64,000 nucleotides of DNA, taken from contig JBGARZ010000009.1 in assembly GCA_044229975.1 (NCBI GenBank), positions 347,947-411,946 of the forward strand. Reading direction: 5' to 3'. Positions 38,830 to 47,296 of the stretch are shown here, in pieces. A model generated the notes under the pieces. That model was not told the origin of the DNA, did not search any database, and was given only the letters and a program-made list of their open reading frames with translations. A program made the position numbers and the translations under genes. How positions within the stretch are numbered: the first letter of the stretch is position 1; every line of letters starts with the position of its first letter. The stretch is from Polyangiales bacterium (GTDB taxonomy: Bacteria > Myxococcota_A > Polyangia > Polyangiales > Ga0077539).

Positions 38830-40826
38830 CGCGGCGCCTCGTCGAGCGTGACGCTCCCGGCCATCGCCGTGCAGATGCTGCGCGGCCCGTCGAAGGACTC
38901 CCGCGAGTGCCCGTACCGCACGTTGTCCACCAGCAGCAGATCGCCCGCCCCGTAGTGGACGCCCTCGCGCGTCGCGAGGAAGCCGTTGAGCAGCAGGTCG
39001 AGCTCGCCGTCGGTGAACTCCTCGCCGTTGCCGCGCGGATACCTCCGATATCCGTTGCGCAGCGCCGGCGCGTCGAGGCCCACGCGCGGAAACAGCAGCG
39101 CTCCCTGGTGGAACGCGGGCACCCGGATGCGGGTCATCAACGTGGCGAAGCCGTCGCCTTCCTCGACCCACCAGCAGTCGTCGAACTGCAACGTCGACGC
39201 GCGGCAGCGGGCCTCGGCCTCGACGCGATCGGTGGTCTGGAAGCGGTCCTGCCATGAGCGGAAGGTGTTGCTCGCCTTCTCGGGATGCCCCTCGTCGAGA
39301 AAGCCCATCTCGATGAGGTAGCCGTGTCGTCGCAGTGACTCCAGCAGCGCCACGCCCTCGTCGCCGCGCGCCCGCAGCCACGCTTCGAGCCCCGCCGCCG
39401 AGTGCACGAAGGTGCGACCGCCGCGCTCCGTGCCCGCCGCCTCCGACGAGAAGAACATCACCCGCCCCGGCATCCGCCGCTGGTAGAGCACCTCGTTGTG
39501 CGGCAGCAGCCACAGGTGTCGCGGGTAGTCGTCCGTCGCCCGCAGCTCGCGGCTCACCCGCTTCCTGACGGTGCGACCGCTGTGCAGTCCGCCCCACGGA
39601 AACGCATCGTCCCCGCCGAAGCGCAGCGCACCGAGCACCTCGTCGGGAAGGCTCGTTCCGCCGAGCCCGGTGCGCCGCACATGAAGCGCACCGTAGCGCT
39701 CGAACTCCCTGCGAATGGCGTCGAGCGTCGGGCCGTCGAGCACCCCATAGGCATCGAAGGTGCGCGCCGTGAAACGCGTCGACCAGTCGACCAGCGCGGG
39801 CGCAAACGCGTACCGCACGCCGCCGTGGGTGGCGCAGCGAGCGAGGGGCGCGGGTGCCTCGCGCGGAGCTGGTTCGCACGGGTCGCGTAGCTCACCCGCC
39901 ATGCCGACGAGCACCTCGCGTGCTCCTGAGAAGGGCTCGCGCGAGTGGCCGTAGCGGAGGTTGTCGAAGAGCACGAGGTCGCCCGCGCGCAGCGTCGTGC
40001 CTTCGCGCGTCGCGAGGTAGGCGGCGCGCAGGAGAGACTTGTCGGCGTCGTCGAGCTCGTCGCCGTTGCCCAGCGGAAAGCGCCGGTAGCCGTTGCGCGC
40101 CATCGGTCCGTCGAGCGCGATGCGGGGGAAGCGGAGGTAGCGCTGACCGTCGCGGGGGTCGGTCCACCACGGGTTGAGCGTGATGCGGGTCATCAGCGTG
40201 CGGTCGTCGCGCCACCAGCACGCGTCGTACTCGTCGGTGCGCTCGCGCGCGGTGCGCAGCGCGGCGTCGGGGTCGTCGGTGGCGAAGCGCTCCTGCCAGG
40301 ACTGGAAGTAGTTGTCGGCCTTGGCGGGGTGCTCGCGATCGAGGAAGCCCGTCTCGATGGAGAGCCCGTGGCGGGCGATGCGATCGAGCAGCGACGCGCC
40401 CGCAACGCTCTGTCGAAGCGCGGACTCGACGGCGTGGGCGGAGTGCAGGAAGACCCGACCACCGTGAGTGGGAGCGACGGTGCAGGCGATGAGAACCCAC
40501 CGCGGAGAGCGCCGCTGGTACTGCACCTCGTTGTTGGGCAGCAGGTAGAGATCGGGCGGATAGTGGTCCATGCGCCGTAGCCCCGGCGCCGCCCACTTCT
40601 CCTGCCGCGCGGCGCTCGTGCGACCGCCCGCCGTGAAGCGCTCGGCCTCGCCGAAGCCCAGCGGATCGAGCACCCGTTGCAGCGTGTCGATGGCCGAGAG
40701 CCCGGTGTTCTCGACGTGCACCGCGCCGTAGGTGACAAGCGCGGCGCGGATCTCGGCCAGCCGTCGTGCGTCCAGTGCTCCGCCGGCGTCGAAGGTGCGG
40801 GCGCTGAAGCGTTCGTCGCCCATCAT
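38826..40826 (-). CDS. tandem-didomain Fe(II)/2-oxoglutarate oxygenase of the TauD/TfdA / clavaminate-synthase-like family
   Basis: Start MMGDERFSARTFDAGG (AGGAAGA RBS 8 nt upstream). Two ~320-aa repeats, each with LLP[N/H]NEV.YQRR...GGR.F.HS and [FV]DN.RYGHSRE (TauD-like hhhWDNR...H.R). Repeat 1 has N-x-E and repeat 2 has H-x-E at the first triad position. The N-terminal 426 codons of ORF 38826-42104 are Arg-rich shadow. Confidence 0.6.
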   Translation of the reverse strand: MMGDERFSARTFDAGGALDARRLAEIRAALVTYGAVHVENTGLSAIDTLQRVLDPLGFGEAERFTAGGRTSAARQEKWAAPGLRRMDHYPPDLYLLPNNEVQYQRRSPRWVLIACTVAPTHGGRVFLHSAHAVESALRQSVAGASLLDRIARHGLSIETGFLDREHPAKADNYFQSWQERFATDDPDAALRTARERTDEYDACWWRDDRTLMTRITLNPWWTDPRDGQRYLRFPRIALDGPMARNGYRRFPLGNGDELDDADKSLLRAAYLATREGTTLRAGDLVLFDNLRYGHSREPFSGAREVLVGMAGELRDPCEPAPREAPAPLARCATHGGVRYAFAPALVDWSTRFTARTFDAYGVLDGPTLDAIRREFERYGALHVRRTGLGGTSLPDEVLGALRFGGDDAFPWGGLHSGRTVRKRVSRELRATDDYPRHLWLLPHNEVLYQRRMPGRVMFFSSEAAGTERGGRTFVHSAAGLEAWLRARGDEGVALLESLRRHGYLIEMGFLDEGHPEKASNTFRSWQDRFQTTDRVEAEARCRASTLQFDDCWWVEEGDGFATLMTRIRVPAFHQGALLFPRVGLDAPALRNGYRRYPRGNGEEFTDGELDLLLNGFLATREGVHYGAGDLLLVDNVRYGHSRESFDGPRSICTAMAGSVTLDEAPR

Positions 40827-40840
40827 CACGAGAGGTCTTC

Positions 40841-42061
40841 CTACGTCGAGCCCGGCGTGCGCAGCTTGTCGCTGCCGACCCACTCGTCGTAGCTGTCGTT
40901 CCAGCCCTCGTAGTGGATGCGGTGGAGCGACGCGCGCACCTCGCGGATCGTGGCCGCGTACCACCGCCGTCGCCAGCGGGCCTCGACGCTCGTGCCCACC
41001 GCGTAGACCACCGGCGTGTACGCCCGGATGCGGTCGGCCCCGACCCACTCGTCGAACAGGTGATTGAACTCCGCGTACCGGACAAACACCTGCCCGTTGG
41101 CGCGGCGCTCCAGCACGATGGCGCGGTACCACCGGCCCTGGTAGCGCACCTCGATGGTCTCGCCCTCGCCCATCGCCGGCGCGCTGGTGCGCGGACCCAG
41201 CGCCCACGACGTCGCGAAGCCGCCGCGGGTGGTGGCCGTCGAGCGCTGCTGGTCGAGGTACGCGAGGCGGGTCTCGGCGTGCGTAGCCACGTCGGCGAAG
41301 GTGATGGCCGCGTCGCCGTTGCGATCGGCCGCGGCGGCACCGCGGATGCCGTCGAGGAGGCAGTCGGTGAAGGTCCACGCGCCGGTCGACTGCTCGCTCG
41401 CGTCGCTCGAAGCGAGCACCGCGGCCGGGACGTTGAGGCGACTCATCACCTCGGCGTCGAGCGCGCCCGAGTAGCAGCAGTCGGCGGTGAGCATCACGGC
41501 CGCGCCGCGAAACGACGCGAGCGCCTGGGCGATGCTCGACAGGCCCCAGCACGTCGCCTGGGCGTCGAGGGTTCCGTCGTAGGGGACGAAGAAGCTCGCG
41601 GTGGCGCCGCCCATGCCCGCGTCGCGGTCGGCGGAGACGCGCATCCCGTGGCCCGCGAAGTAGAGCCAGAGCAGCTCGCCCGGCTGGGTGGCGGCCACCG
41701 CTGCGGCGAAGCCCGCGACCACCGCCGCGCGCGTCGCAGCCCGGTCTTGCAGGTAGGTGATGTTGCCCCGCGGAACGCCCCGCGCCGCGAAGGCCTCGAC
41801 GAGCTCCACGTCGCGCCGCCCTTCGGCGGTAAACGACCCGAAGGTCTCGCTGTCGGCCCACGCGAGCAGCCCCACCGCGAAGACGCGGGTGCGCGCCGGA
41901 TCGAAGGCCGCGCTCACCGGCAGCACGTCCGCGCCGACGGAGGTACCCGCGTCCCGCGCGGCGCCCGACGACCCGCCGTTGCCACAGGCGGCGAGCGGTG
42001 TGGCGAGGGCGGCCCCGCAGAGGCCGAGGACGCTGCGACGGGTGAGTCGGGTTTCGCTCAT
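40841..42061 (-). CDS. caspase-like (peptidase C14) TAT-exported lipoprotein with tandem C-terminal Tudor/Agenet-like domains
   Basis: Twin-arginine signal TRRSVLGLCGAALATPLAACG. Caspase dyad motifs LWLYFAGHGM and LTADCCYSGAL. Two repeats RWYRAIV...VRYAEFNHLFDEWVGADRIR / RWYAATIREV...IHYEGWNDSYDEWVGSDKLR. Confidence 0.65.
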   Translation of the reverse strand: MSETRLTRRSVLGLCGAALATPLAACGNGGSSGAARDAGTSVGADVLPVSAAFDPARTRVFAVGLLAWADSETFGSFTAEGRRDVELVEAFAARGVPRGNITYLQDRAATRAAVVAGFAAAVAATQPGELLWLYFAGHGMRVSADRDAGMGGATASFFVPYDGTLDAQATCWGLSSIAQALASFRGAAVMLTADCCYSGALDAEVMSRLNVPAAVLASSDASEQSTGAWTFTDCLLDGIRGAAAADRNGDAAITFADVATHAETRLAYLDQQRSTATTRGGFATSWALGPRTSAPAMGEGETIEVRYQGRWYRAIVLERRANGQVFVRYAEFNHLFDEWVGADRIRAYTPVVYAVGTSVEARWRRRWYAATIREVRASLHRIHYEGWNDSYDEWVGSDKLRTPGST

Positions 42062-42127
42062 TGGGGTGGCACCGACGGTACGGTCGGCGCGACGGCGAGC
42101 GCAATGCCGGGGGCGGGAGGGGTGCGA

Positions 42128-43153
42128 CTACCAGGCGCCGTCGACGTTCTTCATGAACTCGTACGGGTAGCCGAGCTCGAAAGCGCTGGCGCGGTCGAGG
42201 GACTCGGTGACCGACGCCGGGAGGTCGAGGTCGGCCGCGCCGAGGTTCTCATCGAGCTGCGCCACGGTGCGCGCGCCGAAGATCACCGACGACACCGCCG
42301 GGCGCGACAGCAGCCACGCAAGCGCCACCTGACCCGGCGGCCGATCGAGCTCCGTCGACGCGGCGACCAGGGCCTCGACGATGTTCCAGTTGCGGTCCTT
42401 GTCGAAGTCCGCGTAGCGCTGCTTCCACTGCTCCAGACGGCTGCCCGCGGGGGGCGCCTGGCCGCGGCGGTACTTGCCCGTGAGCAGACCGCCCGCGAGG
42501 GGAGACCACGGCAGGATGCCCACCCCGTGGCGCACGCACAGCGGCCGGTGCTCGCGTTCGAGGTCGCGCACCGCGAGGCTGTACTGCGCTTGCAGCGTCA
42601 CGTGCCGCGCGAGGTTGCGCTTGTCCGACACCATCAGCGACTCCATCAGCCGGTAGGCCGCGTAGTTGGAGGCGCCGAAGTAGACGATCTTGCCCGCGGT
42701 GATGGCGTCGTCGAGGGCGCGCAGCAGCTCCTCCTCGGGCGTCTTCAGGTCCTGCATGTGGATCTGGTAGAGGTCGATGCGATCGGTGCCGAGGCGCTTG
42801 AGGCTCTGGTCGATGGCGCGGGTGATGCGCATGCGCGAGGCGCCCGTCCCGTTGGGCCCCTCGGCCATGCGAAAGCGCCCCTTGGTGGCGAGCACCACCT
42901 TCTCACGCACGCCGCGCTCGGCGATCCAGCGACCGAGCAGGCGCTCGGAGAGACCGTCCTGGCCGTAGACGTCGGCCGTGTCGATGAAGTTGATGCCCGC
43001 CGCGAGGGCCCGGTCGAGCACCGCGAAGCTCTCCTCCTCGCTCGCCCCCACCTTGTGCATGAACGACTTCTCGTCCGCCTCCCCGAAGGTCATGGCGCCG
43101 AGACAAAGAACCGACACCTGCGTGCCGGTCGAACCGAGCTGTCGATATCGCAT
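42128..43153 (-). CDS. aldo/keto reductase
   Basis: 341 aa; AKR signatures GAMTFGE, IDTADVYG, LYQIHMQD, ILPWSPLAGGLLTGKY. Confidence 0.85.
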   Translation of the reverse strand: MRYRQLGSTGTQVSVLCLGAMTFGEADEKSFMHKVGASEEESFAVLDRALAAGINFIDTADVYGQDGLSERLLGRWIAERGVREKVVLATKGRFRMAEGPNGTGASRMRITRAIDQSLKRLGTDRIDLYQIHMQDLKTPEEELLRALDDAITAGKIVYFGASNYAAYRLMESLMVSDKRNLARHVTLQAQYSLAVRDLEREHRPLCVRHGVGILPWSPLAGGLLTGKYRRGQAPPAGSRLEQWKQRYADFDKDRNWNIVEALVAASTELDRPPGQVALAWLLSRPAVSSVIFGARTVAQLDENLGAADLDLPASVTESLDRASAFELGYPYEFMKNVDGAW

Positions 43154-43258
43154 GGCGCGGGAGGGTAGCGCCGTGCTCGGCCGCGTGTCGCGCCCCGTCC
43201 GGGCATCCCCTCGCCGGGGCGGCGCTCCGTCGGTGCCGGACGTCGGACCCGCGGCGGG

Positions 43259-44311
43259 TCAGGCGCCGAGCGTCGCGTTGTCGATGACGAAGCGATACTT
43301 CACGTCGCTCTTCAGCATCCGCTCGTACGCCGTTTCGATCTGCTGAATCGGGATCATCTCGACGTCGGCGACGATTCCCTTCTGCGCGCAGAAGTCGAGC
43401 ATCTCCTGCGTCTCGGCGATGCCGCCGATCATCGACCCGGCGATCGCCCGGCGCTTGCCCACGAGGTTGAAGACGTTGGGCGACGGGTGCGCATGCTCCG
43501 GCACGCCCACGAGCACCAGCGCGCCATCCCGCTTGAGGAGCCGCGTGAAGGCGTCGAGGTCGTGGCTCACGGCGACGGTGTTGACGATGAAGTCGAAGCT
43601 CTCCCGGTGGGCCTTCATCTCGCTCACGTTGCGGGACACGACGACCTCGTCCGCGCCGAGGGCCAGCGCATCCTGCCGCTTCGACTCCGACGTCGTGAAC
43701 GCCACGGTGTGGGCGCCCATCGCGTGGGCCAGCTTGACGCCCATGTGCCCGAGGCCGCCGATGCCCACGATGCCGACCTTCTTGCCGGGCCCGGCGTTCC
43801 AGTGACGGAGCGGCGAGTACAGGGTGATGCCCGCGCAGAGCAACGGCGCCACGGCGGCGAGCTGCGCCTCCGGGTGGCTCACCCTCACGACGTACGCGTC
43901 CTTGACGACGATGCGCTGGGAGTAGCCGCCGAGGGTGTGCCCGGGGGCGTCGGGCGTGCGGGAGTTGTACGTCCCGATCATCCCCTTCTCGCAGTACTGC
44001 TCCAGGTGTTCGGTGCACGACGCGCAGGCGCCGCAGCTATCGACGATGCAGCCCACGCCGACCAGATCGCCCTTCTGGAAGCCCGTCACCTGCGCGCCCA
44101 CCGCGGAGACGCGGCCGACGATCTCGTGCCCCGGAACGCACGGATAGAGCGTGCCCGACCACTCGCCGCGGACCGTGTGCAGGTCCGAGTGGCAGACGCC
44201 GCAGTAGGCGATGTCGATCTGCACGTCGTGGTCGCCGGGGGCGCGGCGGACGATGTCGATCGCTTCGAGGGACTTGTCGGCGGCGTGCGCGCCGAAGGCT
44301 TTCACGGTCAT
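43259..44311 (-). CDS. zinc-dependent alcohol dehydrogenase (NAD(P)-dependent, MDR family)
   Basis: Start MTVKAF with GGGAG RBS; GVCHSDLH zinc motif; GIGGLGHMGVKLA Rossmann motif. Confidence 0.85.
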   Translation of the reverse strand: MTVKAFGAHAADKSLEAIDIVRRAPGDHDVQIDIAYCGVCHSDLHTVRGEWSGTLYPCVPGHEIVGRVSAVGAQVTGFQKGDLVGVGCIVDSCGACASCTEHLEQYCEKGMIGTYNSRTPDAPGHTLGGYSQRIVVKDAYVVRVSHPEAQLAAVAPLLCAGITLYSPLRHWNAGPGKKVGIVGIGGLGHMGVKLAHAMGAHTVAFTTSESKRQDALALGADEVVVSRNVSEMKAHRESFDFIVNTVAVSHDLDAFTRLLKRDGALVLVGVPEHAHPSPNVFNLVGKRRAIAGSMIGGIAETQEMLDFCAQKGIVADVEMIPIQQIETAYERMLKSDVKYRFVIDNATLGA

Positions 44312-44572
44312 GTCGAACTCCCGAGTCAGGTGCTGTGGTTCGCGCGCGATCGTTCGGACTCCGACGAGTGCTCGTACCGCGGCGCCCGCACACCATGCAC
44401 TCGGCGCCGACGACGCACCAGATGCCGCGTGGTGCACGGGCAGTGAAGCAAAGGTCGTCACTCCGCCGCCATGGCGGCCGCCACCGCCGCCACCCCCCGC
44501 GGAGGACCATCACCTCGATCACTGAAGCAGATTCGCGATGGCACAAACGTCGCTCAGAGCACACCCATCGCC

Positions 44573-45466
44573 ATGCCGGGTCCCGCTCGCGAGATGATGG
44601 TTCGAGTGCTCAAGGACCACCCGGCCTGGTTCAACCTCCTCCTGAAGACACTCAAGCTCAAGCCGCTGGGTCGCGGCCTCAAGCCCGTGGACACTGCGCT
44701 CCAGAAGGTGGTCACCATCGAGCGGCGTCCCGATTCCTTCTTGCTCGATCCAGGCGTCTCGTGGGCCCTCCTGGAGGTCCAGAACGACTGGAAGGACGAG
44801 AAGGTGAGCTCCTGGATCGTCACCATCGCCATGCTCGTCGCCGAGCATGGTGTGATGGGCGACCTCTTCGTGGTGACCGCCGACCGCGCGGTCGCTGCGC
44901 ACGCACGCGGTGAGCTCACGCTGACGGGCTCCCACGGGACTCGCCTGCACCTCAAGCCGGTCGTGGTGCTCCTGACCGAGCACGAGGCTCGCACGCTGCT
45001 CGCGACGGGGCGACCCGAGCTGGCCTTCTTCGCTGCGTGGGCCGTGCGTCATCGTCGCGGACCGGTCGCGAAGGAGATCGTCCACGAGGCGATCGCCCTG
45101 ACCCATCGCGCAGGGGATGAAGGCTTGCGGAAGGCGCAGGTCCAGGCAATTCTCAATGTGCTCGGCGCGCCCCTGCTAGAGCTGCTGAAGGAGACGCTGA
45201 TGAACCTCGATGGCATCCCCGAGAGCAAAGGATTCCGTGAGCTACGACTGCTGATGGAGGCCCGTGCCGAAGCTCGTGGCGAAGCCCGCGGTGAAGCCCG
45301 CGGTGAAGCCCGCATGCTGCTCCAGTTGCTCACGGTGCGCGGCCTCACCGTCGACGATGCCTTCCGCACGAGAGTGATGGCCTGCGACGACCGGGAGCTG
45401 CTGGAGCGTTGGCACGCGCGAGCCATCACCGCGCAGACGCTCGACGAGGTCGTCGACGAGCGCTGA
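44573..45466 (+). CDS. Rpn/YhgA-like (Transposase_31 / DUF4351) recombination-promoting nuclease family protein
   Basis: LLEVQNDWKD (E-x-Q variant of the PD-(D/E)XK motif). C-terminal EARGEARGEARGEARMLLQLL...RGLTVDDAF repeat typical of this family. Lower GC than neighbours. Confidence 0.55.
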   Translation: MPGPAREMMVRVLKDHPAWFNLLLKTLKLKPLGRGLKPVDTALQKVVTIERRPDSFLLDPGVSWALLEVQNDWKDEKVSSWIVTIAMLVAEHGVMGDLFVVTADRAVAAHARGELTLTGSHGTRLHLKPVVVLLTEHEARTLLATGRPELAFFAAWAVRHRRGPVAKEIVHEAIALTHRAGDEGLRKAQVQAILNVLGAPLLELLKETLMNLDGIPESKGFRELRLLMEARAEARGEARGEARGEARMLLQLLTVRGLTVDDAFRTRVMACDDRELLERWHARAITAQTLDEVVDER

Positions 45467-45491
45467 GCGCGCCTCCTCCCCGCCTACCGCC

Positions 45492-46685
45492 TCACTCCCC
45501 CAACAGCCCCGCCATGAAGTGAACCACCTCCCAGCGCTGCCGCGCCGTCGGGTTGCGCTGCACCGTGACGTGGTCGACCACCGACGTCAGCAGCAGGTGC
45601 ACCGGCGCCCGACCCGCGAAGCTCATCGCCGCGAAGCGCGACTCCGACGGCGGGATCACGTCGTCGTGCGAGCCGTGCAGCAGGTACACCGGCGCCGTCA
45701 CCCCATCGAGGTGCCCCGCGGGGGAGCCCTCGCGCATCGTCTCCGCGAGCGACGGAAGCACCGCCACGACGCGCGTCGCCACCGCCGGCTTGTCGTGGGC
45801 GAGCAACCTCCCCGCGAGCCACGCGGCGTCGCCCGTGAGCCCCGCCGCCACGCGCTCGGCGCCGCGGCGATCACCGTGCAGAAACGTCCGCATCGACTCG
45901 CGAAACACCGGCAGCGACGGCGCGTCGACGAAGCGCTCGGCGTACGCGTACACGAACACCACCAGCCCGTAGTCGTGCGACGCCGCGTGGCGCGTCCCCT
46001 CTGGGGTGGTGAGCTCGTCGAGCGCGAGGTACCGACTGACCCGACCGAGGTCGTGGTGGCCGCCCACCGACGCCACGAACGACAGCTTCCCCCGCAGCGC
46101 CGGGTCGGCCGCCGCGAGCAGCGAGAGCCCGCCCGCGAAGGACAGCCCCATCACCCCCGCGCGGTGACCACGTGCCCACGGCCGCGATGACAGATGGAGC
46201 GCGGCGTCGCGGATCACGCCGACGGTCGACGGCTCCACGCGATAGTCGGCGAGGGCGTCGAGCTGCGGGGTGAGCACGGCCACGCCGGTGCCCGCCATGG
46301 AGCGCGCGAAGGCCAGCAGCCGCGGCTCGTCGATGCCCCGGTAGTGAACGCCATGCGCGATGACCATCGCGGGCCACGGCCCCGCGCCGCGCGGGAGGTA
46401 GAGCCGCGCCCGGACGGGCACCGACCCCGAGCGCAGCGTGAGGTCGCGGACTTCGAGCGGGTGATCGTAGCGGCGCACCACCCACGCAACCGTCCCGGTC
46501 GAGCGTTCGGTGACGCTGCCGGAGAGGCGCAGCAGCAGCGACGCCGCGCGGGCGTGGCGGTTGGCGATCGGGAGGAGCAGCGCCACGAGGACGATCACCA
46601 CGAGCGCCACCCCGACGCGACGCCTCGTCCGGACACTCCACCGCGTGGTCACCAACGGCGGATACGCTACCGCGGGGCGCTTCAT
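45492..46685 (-). CDS. alpha/beta hydrolase (dienelactone hydrolase / S9-like), membrane-anchored
   Basis: Start MKRPAVAYPP; N-terminal TM; nucleophile elbow GLSFAGG; HGSHDDVIP near the C-terminus. Confidence 0.65.
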   Translation of the reverse strand: MKRPAVAYPPLVTTRWSVRTRRRVGVALVVIVLVALLLPIANRHARAASLLLRLSGSVTERSTGTVAWVVRRYDHPLEVRDLTLRSGSVPVRARLYLPRGAGPWPAMVIAHGVHYRGIDEPRLLAFARSMAGTGVAVLTPQLDALADYRVEPSTVGVIRDAALHLSSRPWARGHRAGVMGLSFAGGLSLLAAADPALRGKLSFVASVGGHHDLGRVSRYLALDELTTPEGTRHAASHDYGLVVFVYAYAERFVDAPSLPVFRESMRTFLHGDRRGAERVAAGLTGDAAWLAGRLLAHDKPAVATRVVAVLPSLAETMREGSPAGHLDGVTAPVYLLHGSHDDVIPPSESRFAAMSFAGRAPVHLLLTSVVDHVTVQRNPTARQRWEVVHFMAGLLGE

Positions 46686-46743
46686 TCCCGGCGACGGTGA
46701 CGTTGGTGCGATGGGGGGTGGTTGGCTGGTAAGGTCGCCGTCC

Positions 46744-47295
46744 ATGTCGACCACGGATACGACGAAGGCCCTGCGGGTGCTCTTTGAGCGCTACCTCTCG
46801 GCGATTCAAGAGGTGTCGGGGTCGCTGCCCATCACCGAGCACGACCCGCTCGTACGCTCGCCGTGCGAGGTGGGCGAGCCCGACGCGGACGGCACCGTGA
46901 CGTGGCGACCCGTTCCGCGGAAGCCGCGCTCCAACCTGGCCGAGATGGAGAAGATCGCCGACGTGCGGTTGCCCGACGACCTGCGCGAGTGGCTGGGCGG
47001 CTGGTGGTGCCTGCCCATCGAGGCGACGCTCTACAACGAGCCGCTCGTGCTGTTGGGCATCACCGGGCCGCAGGACGAGGCGGAGGTCGCGAAGCGCTGG
47101 GCGGCGCACATCGCGGTGCGGCGGGCGCGCGGGGCGGACGACACGGTGCCGGTGGCGGCGTTCATGGATGGGCGCTTCCTGACGGTGTCGTGCCCGGATG
47201 GGGAGGTGCGGATGGAGTCGCCCGCGCGCTCGCTCAGCTTCGTCGCCCGGTCGGTGGGTGACCTGTTCGGGATGTTGGTTCCGCAGACGCCTTGA
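46744..47295 (+). CDS. syd: SecY-interacting protein Syd-like
   Basis: 183 aa from MSTTDTTKAL; ALRVLFERYLSAIQE...PLVRSPCEV...TVTWRPVP parallels E. coli Syd ALKDFTARYCDAWHE...GVPSPCII...AVYWQPQP. Confidence 0.6.
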   Translation: MSTTDTTKALRVLFERYLSAIQEVSGSLPITEHDPLVRSPCEVGEPDADGTVTWRPVPRKPRSNLAEMEKIADVRLPDDLREWLGGWWCLPIEATLYNEPLVLLGITGPQDEAEVAKRWAAHIAVRRARGADDTVPVAAFMDGRFLTVSCPDGEVRMESPARSLSFVARSVGDLFGMLVPQTP

Positions 47296-47296
47296 G

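Noticed and set aside
38826-42104. 1092-aa ORF as one protein
   Set aside because: First 426 codons are Arg-rich and overlap the caspase-like gene in another frame; real start is the RBS-preceded MMGDERF at 40826.
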